Shown one piece after another: positions 38,618 to 48,039 of a stretch of 64,000 bases of DNA. The notes beneath the pieces are model-generated. The model made no database searches and was not told the origin of the DNA. It saw only the letters and a program-made list of their open reading frames with translations. Made by a program: the position numbers and the translations under genes. Every line of letters begins with the position of its first letter. Positions within the stretch are counted from its first letter, which is position 1. The DNA lies in assembly GCA_964513145.1 (NCBI GenBank), contig CAZELK010000004.1, positions 6,961-70,960 of the forward strand, written 5' to 3'. The stretch comes from Candidatus Woesearchaeota archaeon (GTDB taxonomy: Archaea; Nanobdellota; Nanobdellia; SCGC-AAA011-G17; JACPIM01).

Positions 38618-39772
38618 ATGAAACATATTTCTGAAAGAGAAAGAGAATTACCTGATGCAGTTATAGGTGATTTATTAAAAATAGCAAGTGAAAACAAAAA
38701 TATAATTTCCATGGGTGCTGGACAGCCGGATTTTAAAGCACCAAAACCAATTTTAGATTATGCTAAAAAAGTCATTTACAAATCAAGTCCATATTCCAAT
38801 CCTGCCGGTGTTTTAGAATTAAGAAAATTAATTGCAAATAAATTAAGAAAAGAAAATAAAATTAAAAATGCAAATGAAGACAATATTATTGTAACTGCTG
38901 GAAGCCAGGAAGCTTTATTTGTTTCCCTATTATGCAGCATTGATCCTGGAGAACAGGTTATTATTCCAAACCCAGGATATTTGGCTTATGTTCCTGCTGT
39001 TGAGTTATTGAATGGAAGCATTTCTTATACAAGATTATTAGAAGAAGATGGATTTGAAATTGATCCAGAAAAGATAAGGGAAGTTATTGACAAAAAAAAA
39101 TCCAAGGTTTTAATTTTAAATTCGCCATCCAACCCGACTGGAAATGTTTTAAGCAGAAAAACTTTGGAAAAAATTGCTGACATAGTCAGGGAATATGATC
39201 TGTATGTTTTTAGTGATGAAACTTATGAAAAGTTAGTTTATGATAAAAAACATGTTTCTATAGCAAGCTTAAATGGAATGGAAGACTATGCTTTGACTAT
39301 ACAGACTTTTTCAAAAAGTTATGCTATGTGCGGCTTTAGACTGGGGTATGCACAAGGACCAAAAGAATTAATTGATGCCATGATTAAAAGCAGCCATTAT
39401 ATTACTTTATGTGCTCCACATATTTCCCAGTTATTAGGTGTTAAGGCTTTACAAATCTCAAACAAGTATATAGAAAAAATGAGGCTGGAGTATGACAAAA
39501 GAAGAAAATATATTGTAAATAGATTAAATGAGTTAGGTTTGAAAACCAGTACACCTTATGGTGCTTTTTATGCATTTTCAAATATCAAGCATTTAAGCAA
39601 CAATAGTTATAATTTTTCAAAAGAATTGTTAAATAAAGCCAAGGTTGCTGTAGTTCCTGGAACTGAATTTGGAATTTATGGAGAGGGATATATAAGATTC
39701 AGCTATGCTACAGACTTAAAACTTATTAAAGAAGGATTGGACAGAATAGAGAATTTCTTGAATAAAATATGA
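38618..39772 (+). CDS. PLP-dependent aminotransferase class I/II
   Basis: GAGQPDF, NSPSNPTG, SDETY, TFSKSYAMCGFRLG. Confidence 0.93.
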   Translation: MKHISERERELPDAVIGDLLKIASENKNIISMGAGQPDFKAPKPILDYAKKVIYKSSPYSNPAGVLELRKLIANKLRKENKIKNANEDNIIVTAGSQEALFVSLLCSIDPGEQVIIPNPGYLAYVPAVELLNGSISYTRLLEEDGFEIDPEKIREVIDKKKSKVLILNSPSNPTGNVLSRKTLEKIADIVREYDLYVFSDETYEKLVYDKKHVSIASLNGMEDYALTIQTFSKSYAMCGFRLGYAQGPKELIDAMIKSSHYITLCAPHISQLLGVKALQISNKYIEKMRLEYDKRRKYIVNRLNELGLKTSTPYGAFYAFSNIKHLSNNSYNFSKELLNKAKVAVVPGTEFGIYGEGYIRFSYATDLKLIKEGLDRIENFLNKI

Positions 39773-40701
39773 AAATTGTAATTGCTTTGGGTGGAAATGC
39801 CATTATAAAAAAAGGTGAAAAGGAAACTTATGAAAATTTATTGAAAAATATTAAAGATAGCTGTAAAAGTGTTGTAAAAATAATTAAAAAAAATCAGATT
39901 GTAATAACGCATGGAAACGGTCCTGAGGTAGGGAACTTATTATTGCAAAATGAAATTGCTTCAAAACATGTTCCCCAAATGCCTTTAGATATTTTAAATG
40001 CTGAAACAGAGGGTTTTATTGGGTATTTAATACAAGAACAATTAAGAAATGAATTAATTAAAAATAAAATTAAAAGAAATATTGCTACTTTAGTTACGCA
40101 GACTTTAGTTTCTAAAAAAGATCCTGCTTTTAAAAACCCTACAAAATTTGTCGGTCAATTTTATAATTTAAAACAAGCTAATTTGTTGAAAAATAAATTC
40201 ATTATTAAAAAAGATTCTAACAGGGGATTTAGAAGGGTTGTACCAAGCCCAAAGCCAATAAAAATAATTGAATCTAATATTATAAATAAACTTGTTGAAA
40301 AACATTATATTGTTGTTGCTAGTGGTGGGGGCGGCATCCCTGTTGTTTTGGAGAAAAATAAATTAACTGGTGTTGAAGCAGTTGTTGATAAAGATTTAAG
40401 CTCTGCTTGTTTAGGCAAAAAAATTAAGGCTGATTTATTGCTGATATTAACTGATGTTGACAAAGTTTACTTGAATTATGGAACCAAAAAACAAAAAGGT
40501 TTAACAAAATTAAATATTAAAGAAGCTAAAAAATATTTAGATAATGGTCAATTTCCCCCAGGATCTATGGGACCAAAAATTGAAGCATCTATAAAATTTT
40601 TAGAGAATAGTTTAATTAAAAAACGACGAGTAATAATTTGTAATATTGAAAATGCAGAAAAAGCTTTAATTGGAAAAGTGGGAACAACAATCATAAATTA
40701 A
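39769..40701 (+). CDS. arcC: Carbamate kinase
   Basis: IALGGNA, THGNGPEVG, PTKFVG, RRVVPSP, GVEAVVDKD, GSMGPK. Confidence 0.95.
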   Translation: MKIVIALGGNAIIKKGEKETYENLLKNIKDSCKSVVKIIKKNQIVITHGNGPEVGNLLLQNEIASKHVPQMPLDILNAETEGFIGYLIQEQLRNELIKNKIKRNIATLVTQTLVSKKDPAFKNPTKFVGQFYNLKQANLLKNKFIIKKDSNRGFRRVVPSPKPIKIIESNIINKLVEKHYIVVASGGGGIPVVLEKNKLTGVEAVVDKDLSSACLGKKIKADLLLILTDVDKVYLNYGTKKQKGLTKLNIKEAKKYLDNGQFPPGSMGPKIEASIKFLENSLIKKRRVIICNIENAEKALIGKVGTTIIN

Positions 40702-41400
40702 TCATTTTCCAAATCTTCGATCTATTCTCTCAAATTCTTTAAGTACATATTCTAAGTCGGATTTTTCAAATTCTGGCCAATATTTACCCAAGAAAAATAT
40801 TTCTGCATAACTAGCTTGCCATAACAAGAAATTAGATACTCTTCTTTCTTTACCTGTTCTAATTACTATATCAACATCGCTATTTAAATATAAATTATTT
40901 TTAATTTCTTCTTCTGTTATTTTATCCAATGACAATTTTCCAGTAAGAACTTTTTGCGCCATTGCTTTGAATGCGTCTGTTATTTCTTCTATCCCACCAT
41001 AAGCTAGGGCGATGTTTATTGTTAATTTAGAATGAGACTTTGTTAATGACATTAATTCATGCATTCTGTCTTGCAAAGATACAGGCAGCTTGTTTAAACG
41101 CCCAATGTAGTTTATTTTTGTATTTTTTTCTCTTAGCTCTTCGTAATTATTTATCAATTTAATGGCTTCAGTTTCAATTAAAGCAAATAAATAAGATTTT
41201 TCTTCTTCTGATCTTTTTGAAAAATTTTGTTCTGAGAAGCCATATAAAGTCAATTCGGGGATTTCAAAATCTCTAAACCAGGTTATTAATTGAGATACTT
41301 TTTCAGCACCTTTTGCATGCCCTTCTTCTTTTTTAAAACCGTTTTCTTTAGCAAATCTTCTATTGCCGTCAGGTATTATTGCAATATGCCTTGGTTTCAT
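40702..41400 (-). CDS. uppS: cis-prenyltransferase (undecaprenyl diphosphate synthase family)
   Basis: HIAIIPDGNRR, FSEQN, RTGKERRVSNFLLWQ. Confidence 0.95.
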   Translation of the reverse strand: MKPRHIAIIPDGNRRFAKENGFKKEEGHAKGAEKVSQLITWFRDFEIPELTLYGFSEQNFSKRSEEEKSYLFALIETEAIKLINNYEELREKNTKINYIGRLNKLPVSLQDRMHELMSLTKSHSKLTINIALAYGGIEEITDAFKAMAQKVLTGKLSLDKITEEEIKNNLYLNSDVDIVIRTGKERRVSNFLLWQASYAEIFFLGKYWPEFEKSDLEYVLKEFERIDRRFGK

Positions 41401-41488
41401 GCAATTTTTTGCTATAAACCTGTATTTAAGACTAACTATTGCAAAATTTTAAATACAACTTAAGCAACTTTATTTTAAGAGGTGCAAT

Positions 41489-42796
41489 TTGTTGAAAAAA
41501 AGAGTTATTATAATTGGTGCAATGGGTAGGGATCTGCATAACTATATTATGTATTTCAAAGATAATCCAATCTATGAAGTTGTTGCTTTTACTAATACTC
41601 AAATCCCAACTCTAAAACATAATAAAATTCCAAAAATAATTACAGAAGATAAAGAAATACCCATACATCCTGAAGAAGAATTATCTTGGTTAATTAAACA
41701 TTATAATATAAATGAATGTGTTCTTTCGTATTCTGATTTAAGTGCTAAAGAATTATCTGATAAAGCTTCAATAGTATTAGCTGCTGGAGCTGATTTTAAA
41801 CTTCTTGGACCTAATAGTACAATGATAAAATCTCAGAAACCCTTAATATGCATTAATGCTACTAGAACTGGGGCTGGTAAAGGAACCATCGCTCGTTATT
41901 TTTTAAATATATTAAAAAAACTAAATAAAAACCCAACTGTAATTCGTCATCCTATGACCTACAATAGGAAATTAGAAAAACAGATTGTTCAGAGATTTAG
42001 CAATTATAATGATTTAGATAAGTTTGAGACAACTTTGGAAGAAAGAGAAGAATATCAACCATATATAGATAATGGGTATATTGTTTATGCTGGAGTTAAT
42101 TATAAATTTATTTTAAAAAAAGCGGAAAAAGAATCTGATTTTATAGTCTATGAGGGGGGAAATAATGACATATCTTTTTTTAAACCTGACTTATATGTAA
42201 CTGTAGTTGACCCTTTAAGAATTGATGGTTTATTTTCTTATCCTGGAGAAACAAATGTGAGATTAGCAGATATTTTAATTATTAACAAAGTTAATTTAGT
42301 AAAAAATAAGGATATCTATTTATTAATTAGTGAAATTAAAAAAATAAATAATAAAGCCCAAATTATAAAGGGAAATTCTATAATTTCTGTGGATAAACCT
42401 AATTTAATCAGGAATAAAAATGTCTTAGTTATTGAAGATTCACCAACAGTTACACATGGCTATTTAGGATATGCAGCAGGCTATATTGCAGCTAAAAAAT
42501 TTAAAGCCAGGAAAATAATCGATCCAAGACCCTATGCTGTTGGTTCATTTAAGGAAATTTTTAAGAAATATAAACATATAAAAAATGTATTACCGAGTAC
42601 TGGATATGATAAAAATGAATTAGATGATTTAGAAAAAACAATTAATAATTCTAAATGTGATTCTGTTATTTTTGGGACTCCTTGTGATTTAACTAAAGTC
42701 ATTAAAATAAATAAACCAATTGTAAAAGTTAATTATTTTTTTGAAGAAATTGGAAAACCTAAATTATTAAAAATTATAAAAAATAAATTTAAATAA
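41489..42796 (+). CDS. arcE: Arginine synthetase ArcE-like P-loop protein (usually annotated GTPase/cDPG synthetase-like)
   Basis: GAMGRDLHN...NPxYEVVAFTxTQIP, RTGAGKG, RHPM, TLEEREEY, GGNND, PGETN, THG; TTG start after gaggtg. Confidence 0.8.
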   Translation: MLKKRVIIIGAMGRDLHNYIMYFKDNPIYEVVAFTNTQIPTLKHNKIPKIITEDKEIPIHPEEELSWLIKHYNINECVLSYSDLSAKELSDKASIVLAAGADFKLLGPNSTMIKSQKPLICINATRTGAGKGTIARYFLNILKKLNKNPTVIRHPMTYNRKLEKQIVQRFSNYNDLDKFETTLEEREEYQPYIDNGYIVYAGVNYKFILKKAEKESDFIVYEGGNNDISFFKPDLYVTVVDPLRIDGLFSYPGETNVRLADILIINKVNLVKNKDIYLLISEIKKINNKAQIIKGNSIISVDKPNLIRNKNVLVIEDSPTVTHGYLGYAAGYIAAKKFKARKIIDPRPYAVGSFKEIFKKYKHIKNVLPSTGYDKNELDDLEKTINNSKCDSVIFGTPCDLTKVIKINKPIVKVNYFFEEIGKPKLLKIIKNKFK

Positions 42797-42798
42797 TT

Positions 42799-43989
42799 CT
42801 ATTTCTTAGGGAGTTTGTACAAAGAATAAGGAGCGATACCTATACCGAGTTTATCAAACATATAATCACTTATTTCTCCACCAGTCATACCTTTTCTTCT
42901 AAGAATAATAAGTTTATTTCTAATTTTAGGATTTAAATCTCTAATTAAAACTCTTTTTTTGATCATTTTAGCTAATCTTTTTAGTTTTCTTTTTCTACCT
43001 TCTGCTTTTAAGAAAATATTTATTTTTAAGGCGTTTAAAATACTTTCCTCATTTGAGACTGAAACCGCATCACCATCAGGATAAGAATGAATTTTTAGTT
43101 TTTTAAGAATTTTTATAAAAAGTTCTTTATTTGGATCACAAGCAATTTCTACTCTCCAAAAATTATGGGCTGAACCATCACCATCACATACTCCTTGCAG
43201 GAATGATATTAAAAATTTAGTTGGACAATCTAATAACCAATTCATTCTAACATTATTGTATGTTGTCCCTTCATTTTCTTTTAATCCTAGACAAGTTTTT
43301 ATTAAGAATTTTATGAATGGGGATTTTTCTGATATCCACCTATATAAGCCAAATGGTCTCCTCTTTTCTATTTTATTATAATCTTTTATTCTCTTAGCTT
43401 TTATACCTAAATAATTAAAATTTTTGGATGTAAAATTTCCTATTTTTAAACTCCAATCATATTTTTTAGTAAGTGCTAGAAGAAATTGATTAGAAAATCT
43501 ATATCCTTTGGGTTTACTACTATCGCTAACCATCATTCCCAATATGTATGCAAGGGCTTTTTCTTTTAATTTATGATTCGAATTATTTTTGCCAAGTTGG
43601 TTAATTACATAAGTGATCTCTTTATAAGAATTAATTTTTAGTGAAACTTCAATATAAGAATTATAAGTATGCCCACCTTGTTTGGAATGCAATGGTAATA
43701 ATTTATTTCTTTTTTTAATTTTAATATTGGGAACAGATTCGGCTAATAAGATCAAATATGGTTTACATATTAAATTATTCCTAACTTTATTGTAATCTAA
43801 TCTTAATTTTTTAGCTATTTGAGCACAAGATAAACCTTTATTTTTTAAATTTGTAACTTTGAAGTAATTTTTGCATCTTGTTCTATGGGTTGTGTAAAAT
43901 TCTCCGCTTATTAAATCTTCATAAAAATATAGTTTCTTTAATCTATTTAATAATTCTTTAATACTATTTATTTCGTTTGCACTAACCAC
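42799..43989 (-). CDS. Free-standing LAGLIDADG homing endonuclease-like protein
   Basis: LAYILGMMVSDS and FLQGVCDGDG motifs; HTH-like termini. Confidence 0.8.
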   Translation of the reverse strand: MVSANEINSIKELLNRLKKLYFYEDLISGEFYTTHRTRCKNYFKVTNLKNKGLSCAQIAKKLRLDYNKVRNNLICKPYLILLAESVPNIKIKKRNKLLPLHSKQGGHTYNSYIEVSLKINSYKEITYVINQLGKNNSNHKLKEKALAYILGMMVSDSSKPKGYRFSNQFLLALTKKYDWSLKIGNFTSKNFNYLGIKAKRIKDYNKIEKRRPFGLYRWISEKSPFIKFLIKTCLGLKENEGTTYNNVRMNWLLDCPTKFLISFLQGVCDGDGSAHNFWRVEIACDPNKELFIKILKKLKIHSYPDGDAVSVSNEESILNALKINIFLKAEGRKRKLKRLAKMIKKRVLIRDLNPKIRNKLIILRRKGMTGGEISDYMFDKLGIGIAPYSLYKLPKK

Positions 43990-43992
43990 CCT

Positions 43993-44484
43993 TTATATTT
44001 TTAATTTCTTCTTGTTTTTTGGATAATTTCTCTTTTCATATTCCAGTAATTTCTTTTTTAAAAAAACCACTTCAACAGAATTATAATTTGGAGTAAAGTC
44101 GCCTTTTCTATTAAATTGTTCTAGGCAGTGTTTTATTTCTTCAATATCAGCTAAATCTAGTTCTTCATCATTCCATAAACAAACTAATCTGTCTTCTGGA
44201 TAAAAATATTTGAAATAATCATCATTAAAATGACCGCATTCAGCACAATACAAATTCAAACCAACTTCTCTTATCCAGAATTGCGGTTCTCTTTCTTTCC
44301 CCATAACTTTGAATTCTCTTTTTTCTTCTTCAATTATTCCCCAGACAATTTCAAGATAAAATAATGGCGATTTACAATAAGAACATAGTACTGGATTATC
44401 TTGTTGTGCTAAACTCCATCTTCTAGTAGATTTTATACTATCTGCAATTAGTACTGATTTGTTTATTCTTTCAACTTCGTTCAT
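43993..44484 (-). CDS. Hypothetical zinc-binding protein
   Basis: CSYC and CAEC; ATG at 44484 preferred over the track start at 44514. Confidence 0.6.
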   Translation of the reverse strand: MNEVERINKSVLIADSIKSTRRWSLAQQDNPVLCSYCKSPLFYLEIVWGIIEEEKREFKVMGKEREPQFWIREVGLNLYCAECGHFNDDYFKYFYPEDRLVCLWNDEELDLADIEEIKHCLEQFNRKGDFTPNYNSVEVVFLKKKLLEYEKRNYPKNKKKLKI

Positions 44485-44492
44485 TTTATTGT

Positions 44493-44699
44493 AATTGCCG
44501 ATAGTGAAACGCACTTGTAATTTGAGCTTTGAATTTTGAGCCTTGACTATGGTTATGATAAGCTTTGAACTTTGGTCTTTTAGCCCACCAGCCCTGTCAT
44601 GGGAACAAAATGATTTACTTTATTCGGATGTAGACTCAAAACAAAATAAATCAAAGCACTATCTCGAACTATCGGCAACTTATCTATTTGATAGATAAG
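44493..44699 (-). ncRNA. Putative structured non-coding RNA downstream of DIP1984-family gene
   Basis: Perfect 9-bp hairpin 44679-44699; ttgccgatagt/actatcggcaa closing stem (44495-44505/44668-44678); 10-bp inner stem (44534-44543/44632-44641); 7-nt periodic repeats. Confidence 0.6.
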
Positions 44700-44713
44700 C
44701 AAAAATTTGGCAG

Positions 44714-45172
44714 CTAAATTAATAATTCCGCAGTCCAATTAGTTATTTGTATTTTATTATCTAAATTTGTTTTTTCTACTTGTAATTTCTCGATTTCTTC
44801 TTCTATTTTTTTCTCTTCAATTAATGGGTGTTTGTCTACATCATTTTTTTCTCTAAATAAGTAATCTCTTTTTCTCTCAAATAAATTGCCCATATCTGAA
44901 ATCCTTGCTCTTAGATCGCTTATTTTTAATATTGCTTCTGCTACTGTAATATCACCATCAATAAGTCTTATGCCTAAATTAGTTTTTTGAATCTTTAATT
45001 TTAATTGCTTAATTTCTTCTGTTTTTTCATTAATTTGTTTAGTTAAATCCCTTATATCGAATGGTGGTTTTTTCTTAGTTTCAATGTAGAAGTTTTCTTT
45101 TCTTAAATTTACTAACCTAGATAATCTTGCTTTTTCTTTTTTCAACAATGACAATGCTTCACCTAATTTCAT
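44714..45172 (-). CDS. DIP1984-family coiled-coil protein
   Basis: MKLGEAL... N-terminus, TVAEAI, LDNKIQITNWTAEL C-terminus. Confidence 0.8.
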   Translation of the reverse strand: MKLGEALSLLKKEKARLSRLVNLRKENFYIETKKKPPFDIRDLTKQINEKTEEIKQLKLKIQKTNLGIRLIDGDITVAEAILKISDLRARISDMGNLFERKRDYLFREKNDVDKHPLIEEKKIEEEIEKLQVEKTNLDNKIQITNWTAELLI

Positions 45173-45231
45173 TTTAATTTTTAAAAACTAACTTATTTAA
45201 ATATTTATGACGTATGTTTTTGTGGGTGCAA

Positions 45232-45441
45232 CTACACTGATTTTTCTTTACCGTCCAAATAAGTTATAAAACATGTTCTATTATTCTCATCTTTAGCTAA
45301 ATAACTGAATAATAGCTTACCTTTTTGCAGACATGACCCTATTGCGACTAATTTGTTTATAGAAATACTAAATGTTGCTCTTTTTTGTGAAACTTTACAT
45401 TTCCAGCCGATATTATCAAAAATTATTTCCATCAAATACAT
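45232..45441 (-). CDS. Small hypothetical protein (AbrB-like swapped-hairpin possible)
   Basis: KVSQKRATFSISINK...LQKGKLLFSYL. Confidence 0.55.
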   Translation of the reverse strand: MYLMEIIFDNIGWKCKVSQKRATFSISINKLVAIGSCLQKGKLLFSYLAKDENNRTCFITYLDGKEKSV

Positions 45442-45548
45442 AAATATAATTTAATATATAAGTGTTAGGCAGATATCTGAAATGTCCAGTAGTTTTTTGT
45501 CTAGTGAAATTAAATGAATTATATTGTTGATATAAGTCGTAATAAAAT

Positions 45549-45657
45549 CCGGAAGATTTTCGGTGTCCAGTTGGTATTTCCTGAAAAGTTTTCGGTTTAA
45601 TATTTAAATAAGCCAAAAGATTTACGAAACTAAGTGTAAAAACCGGAAGATTTTCGG
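45549..45657. promoter_or_regulatory. Four phased imperfect palindromic boxes (CCGGAAGATTTTCGG type)
   Basis: Exact copies 45549-45563 and 45643-45657; degenerate copies at 45580 and 45612; 31-32 bp spacing. Confidence 0.55.
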
Positions 45658-45697
45658 AAGTAAAGATTATAAACTATTAAGAAATTGAAAAAGTGAC

Positions 45698-46126
45698 ATG
45701 ACATGTCCTTTTTGTGATAAAAAAGTCATAGAAAATCAAAAAATATTTGAGACTCTAACAGAATTTGTTATTTACAATATTAGGCCGGCAAATAAGGGAC
45801 AATGTTTAGTAATACCAAAAAGACATGTAACAAATATAAGAGAGCTTTCTGAAAATGAATTATCCAGTTTATTTAATACTGTTAAATTTGTTTCTGAAAA
45901 ATTAAATTCTGCATTAAAGGCTAAAGGATTTAATTATGGATTTAACGAGGAAAAAATTGCTGGACAAAGTATTGAACATTTTCATTTTCACATATTGCCA
46001 AGATATACAAATGATAAAATTCCCGAATTTCATTTGTTTCATCGTGATCCAAAAACAAAGAAAAATCTTGAAGAAAAAGAACTGAAAAAATTTGTTGAAG
46101 AATTTAAAAGTTTTTTTGCTGAATAA
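45698..46126 (+). CDS. HIT family hydrolase
   Basis: QSIEHFHFHILPR; CPFC N-terminus. Confidence 0.92.
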   Translation: MTCPFCDKKVIENQKIFETLTEFVIYNIRPANKGQCLVIPKRHVTNIRELSENELSSLFNTVKFVSEKLNSALKAKGFNYGFNEEKIAGQSIEHFHFHILPRYTNDKIPEFHLFHRDPKTKKNLEEKELKKFVEEFKSFFAE

Positions 46127-46138
46127 ATTTTATGGAGA

Positions 46139-46438
46139 TTATAGTTCTATAAAAATTTCTTCGTTTTTTACTTCGACTTTATAAGAATTTAATTTACCCA
46201 TTCCAGGCATTATGTTTTGGCCTGTTTTTACATCATATTGCCAGCCATGCAATGGACAAGTAATATTATTTCCTTCCAAATCCCCTTCTGCCAATGGACC
46301 ACCAACATGCAAACAATCATTATCTATTGCAAAAAATTGATCATTGATTTTAAACAAAACTATTTCTTTGTCATTAACCTTAACTAATTTACGATTGTTT
46401 GTTAATTCTGAAACTTTTGCGACTTTGGTTTTTACCAT
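46139..46438 (-). CDS. Rieske [2Fe-2S] ferredoxin
   Basis: CLH...CPLHGW; likely start ATG 46438. Confidence 0.92.
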   Translation of the reverse strand: MVKTKVAKVSELTNNRKLVKVNDKEIVLFKINDQFFAIDNDCLHVGGPLAEGDLEGNNITCPLHGWQYDVKTGQNIMPGMGKLNSYKVEVKNEEIFIEL

Positions 46439-46478
46439 AGGAAAAGTATTAAATAATTGGTTAAAATACTTTTTGTTT

Positions 46479-47051
46479 ATGTATAAAGCCATAATTTTAT
46501 TTGGGGCTCCTGGAACTGGCAAGGGGACGCAAGCAGAACTTCTTATGAAAAAGGGGGGGTATTTTCATTTTTCTACAGGAAATATGTTTAGGAATTTAGA
46601 TAAAAAAACTAAAACTGGAAAAGTTATTATTGATTTAATTGATCATGGAAATTTTGTGCCTGATGATTTAGCATTGAAATTATTTGAAGAAACATTAGAT
46701 AAGTATGTCAATGATAAAAGATTTAACCCTGAAAAGGAAATATTAATTTTAGATGGGATTCCAAGAACAAAAGAACAGGTACATCATTTAAGAAAGGTTG
46801 TTGACATTAAAAAAATTATTTATTTTGTCATTAAAGATGAAGTTGCTATAGAAAGAACAACAAAAAAAAGATCTGGAGAAGAAAACAGGGAAGATGATAA
46901 AAATGCTGATATTGTTAAAAAAAGATTAGAGACTTTTAAAAGAATTACTCTTCCTATTTTAAAAGAATATAAAAAAGATCTCATTGTGGAAATAAATGGA
47001 GAAAGAAGTGTAGATGAGATACATAGAGATATTTTAAGAATTTTAAAATAA
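46479..47051 (+). CDS. adk: Adenylate kinase family nucleoside monophosphate kinase
   Basis: GAPGTGKGTQA, HFSTG, VPDD, DGIPRT, REDD; likely start ATG 46479. Confidence 0.9.
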   Translation: MYKAIILFGAPGTGKGTQAELLMKKGGYFHFSTGNMFRNLDKKTKTGKVIIDLIDHGNFVPDDLALKLFEETLDKYVNDKRFNPEKEILILDGIPRTKEQVHHLRKVVDIKKIIYFVIKDEVAIERTTKKRSGEENREDDKNADIVKKRLETFKRITLPILKEYKKDLIVEINGERSVDEIHRDILRILK

Positions 47052-47097
47052 TTAAATTTATATTTGATATCGTTATAGTATTCCCAGGGGTGAAATT

Positions 47098-48039
47098 ATA
47101 AAACATTTATTAAGTATTAAGGATTTAAGCAAAAAAGAAATATTAGAATTTATTAAATTAGGCATAAAAATCAAAGATAACCCTAAAAAATATTCTAAAA
47201 GTTTATTTGAAAAAACATTGTTATTATTTTTTGAACAGCCTTCTTTAAGGACAGAGATTTCCTTTGAGACAGCCATATTTCAAATGGGTGGTGAAGCAAT
47301 AGACTATCATACTGAAAACTCACCATGGAAAATCGGGAAAGAAAGCCTGGAAGATGTTGCCAAGGTTATAAGCCAATATTGTGATGTTGCAGCCTTAAGA
47401 ATAAATGACCATGATGATTTAGTAAAATTTTCTAAAAATTCCAGCATACCAATTATTAATGCAATGACGTCATTTGAACATCCCTGCCAAATTTTGGGAG
47501 ATTTAATGACTATTTTTGAAATTAAAAAGAGTTTTAAAAATCTAAAATTAACTTATTTGGGAGACAGCAACAATAATGTTACACATTCGCTAATTTATGG
47601 ATGCACAAAATTAGGCATTGATATTTCTATTGGGTGCCCTTCTGAAAAAGAGTTTATGCCTCTACAATCTGTAATAAAAGACGGAAAAAGATTAAGCAAA
47701 ATAAACAAATGCGAATTCAAGATTTTTCATGATGCAAATGAATGTGTGAAAGATTCTAAAATAATTTACACTGATTCATGGATGTCATATAAAATTCCTA
47801 AAGAAGAAAAACCAAGAAGAGTAAAATTTCTGAAAGATTTTCAGGTAAATAAAAATATTATGAAACATGCTGATAAAAATGCAGTATTTATGCATTGCTT
47901 GCCTGCATTGAGAGGAGATGAAGTAACTAAAGACGTAATTGATGGAAAACAAAGCATTGTGTTTAAGCAGGCAAAAAACAGATTATTTTCAGAAAAGGCG
48001 ATATTGCTTAAATTATTAAAAGGTAGCGTAACCAATTAA
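47098..48039 (+). CDS. arcB: Ornithine carbamoyltransferase
   Basis: PSLRT, HPCQ, DSWMSY, HCLPALRG; frame extends upstream to KHLLSIKDLS with an ATA after GGTGA RBS. Confidence 0.9.
   Translation: MKHLLSIKDLSKKEILEFIKLGIKIKDNPKKYSKSLFEKTLLLFFEQPSLRTEISFETAIFQMGGEAIDYHTENSPWKIGKESLEDVAKVISQYCDVAALRINDHDDLVKFSKNSSIPIINAMTSFEHPCQILGDLMTIFEIKKSFKNLKLTYLGDSNNNVTHSLIYGCTKLGIDISIGCPSEKEFMPLQSVIKDGKRLSKINKCEFKIFHDANECVKDSKIIYTDSWMSYKIPKEEKPRRVKFLKDFQVNKNIMKHADKNAVFMHCLPALRGDEVTKDVIDGKQSIVFKQAKNRLFSEKAILLKLLKGSVTN

Noticed and set aside
44485-44514. Track start (MRFTIGNYNK) of ORF 43993..44514
   Set aside because: Extension overlaps the 3' arm of the structured element; ATG at 44484 is more plausible
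46344-46522. Extended overlapping N-termini of adk and the Rieske gene
   Set aside because: Divergent overlap disappears with ATG starts at 46479 and 46438
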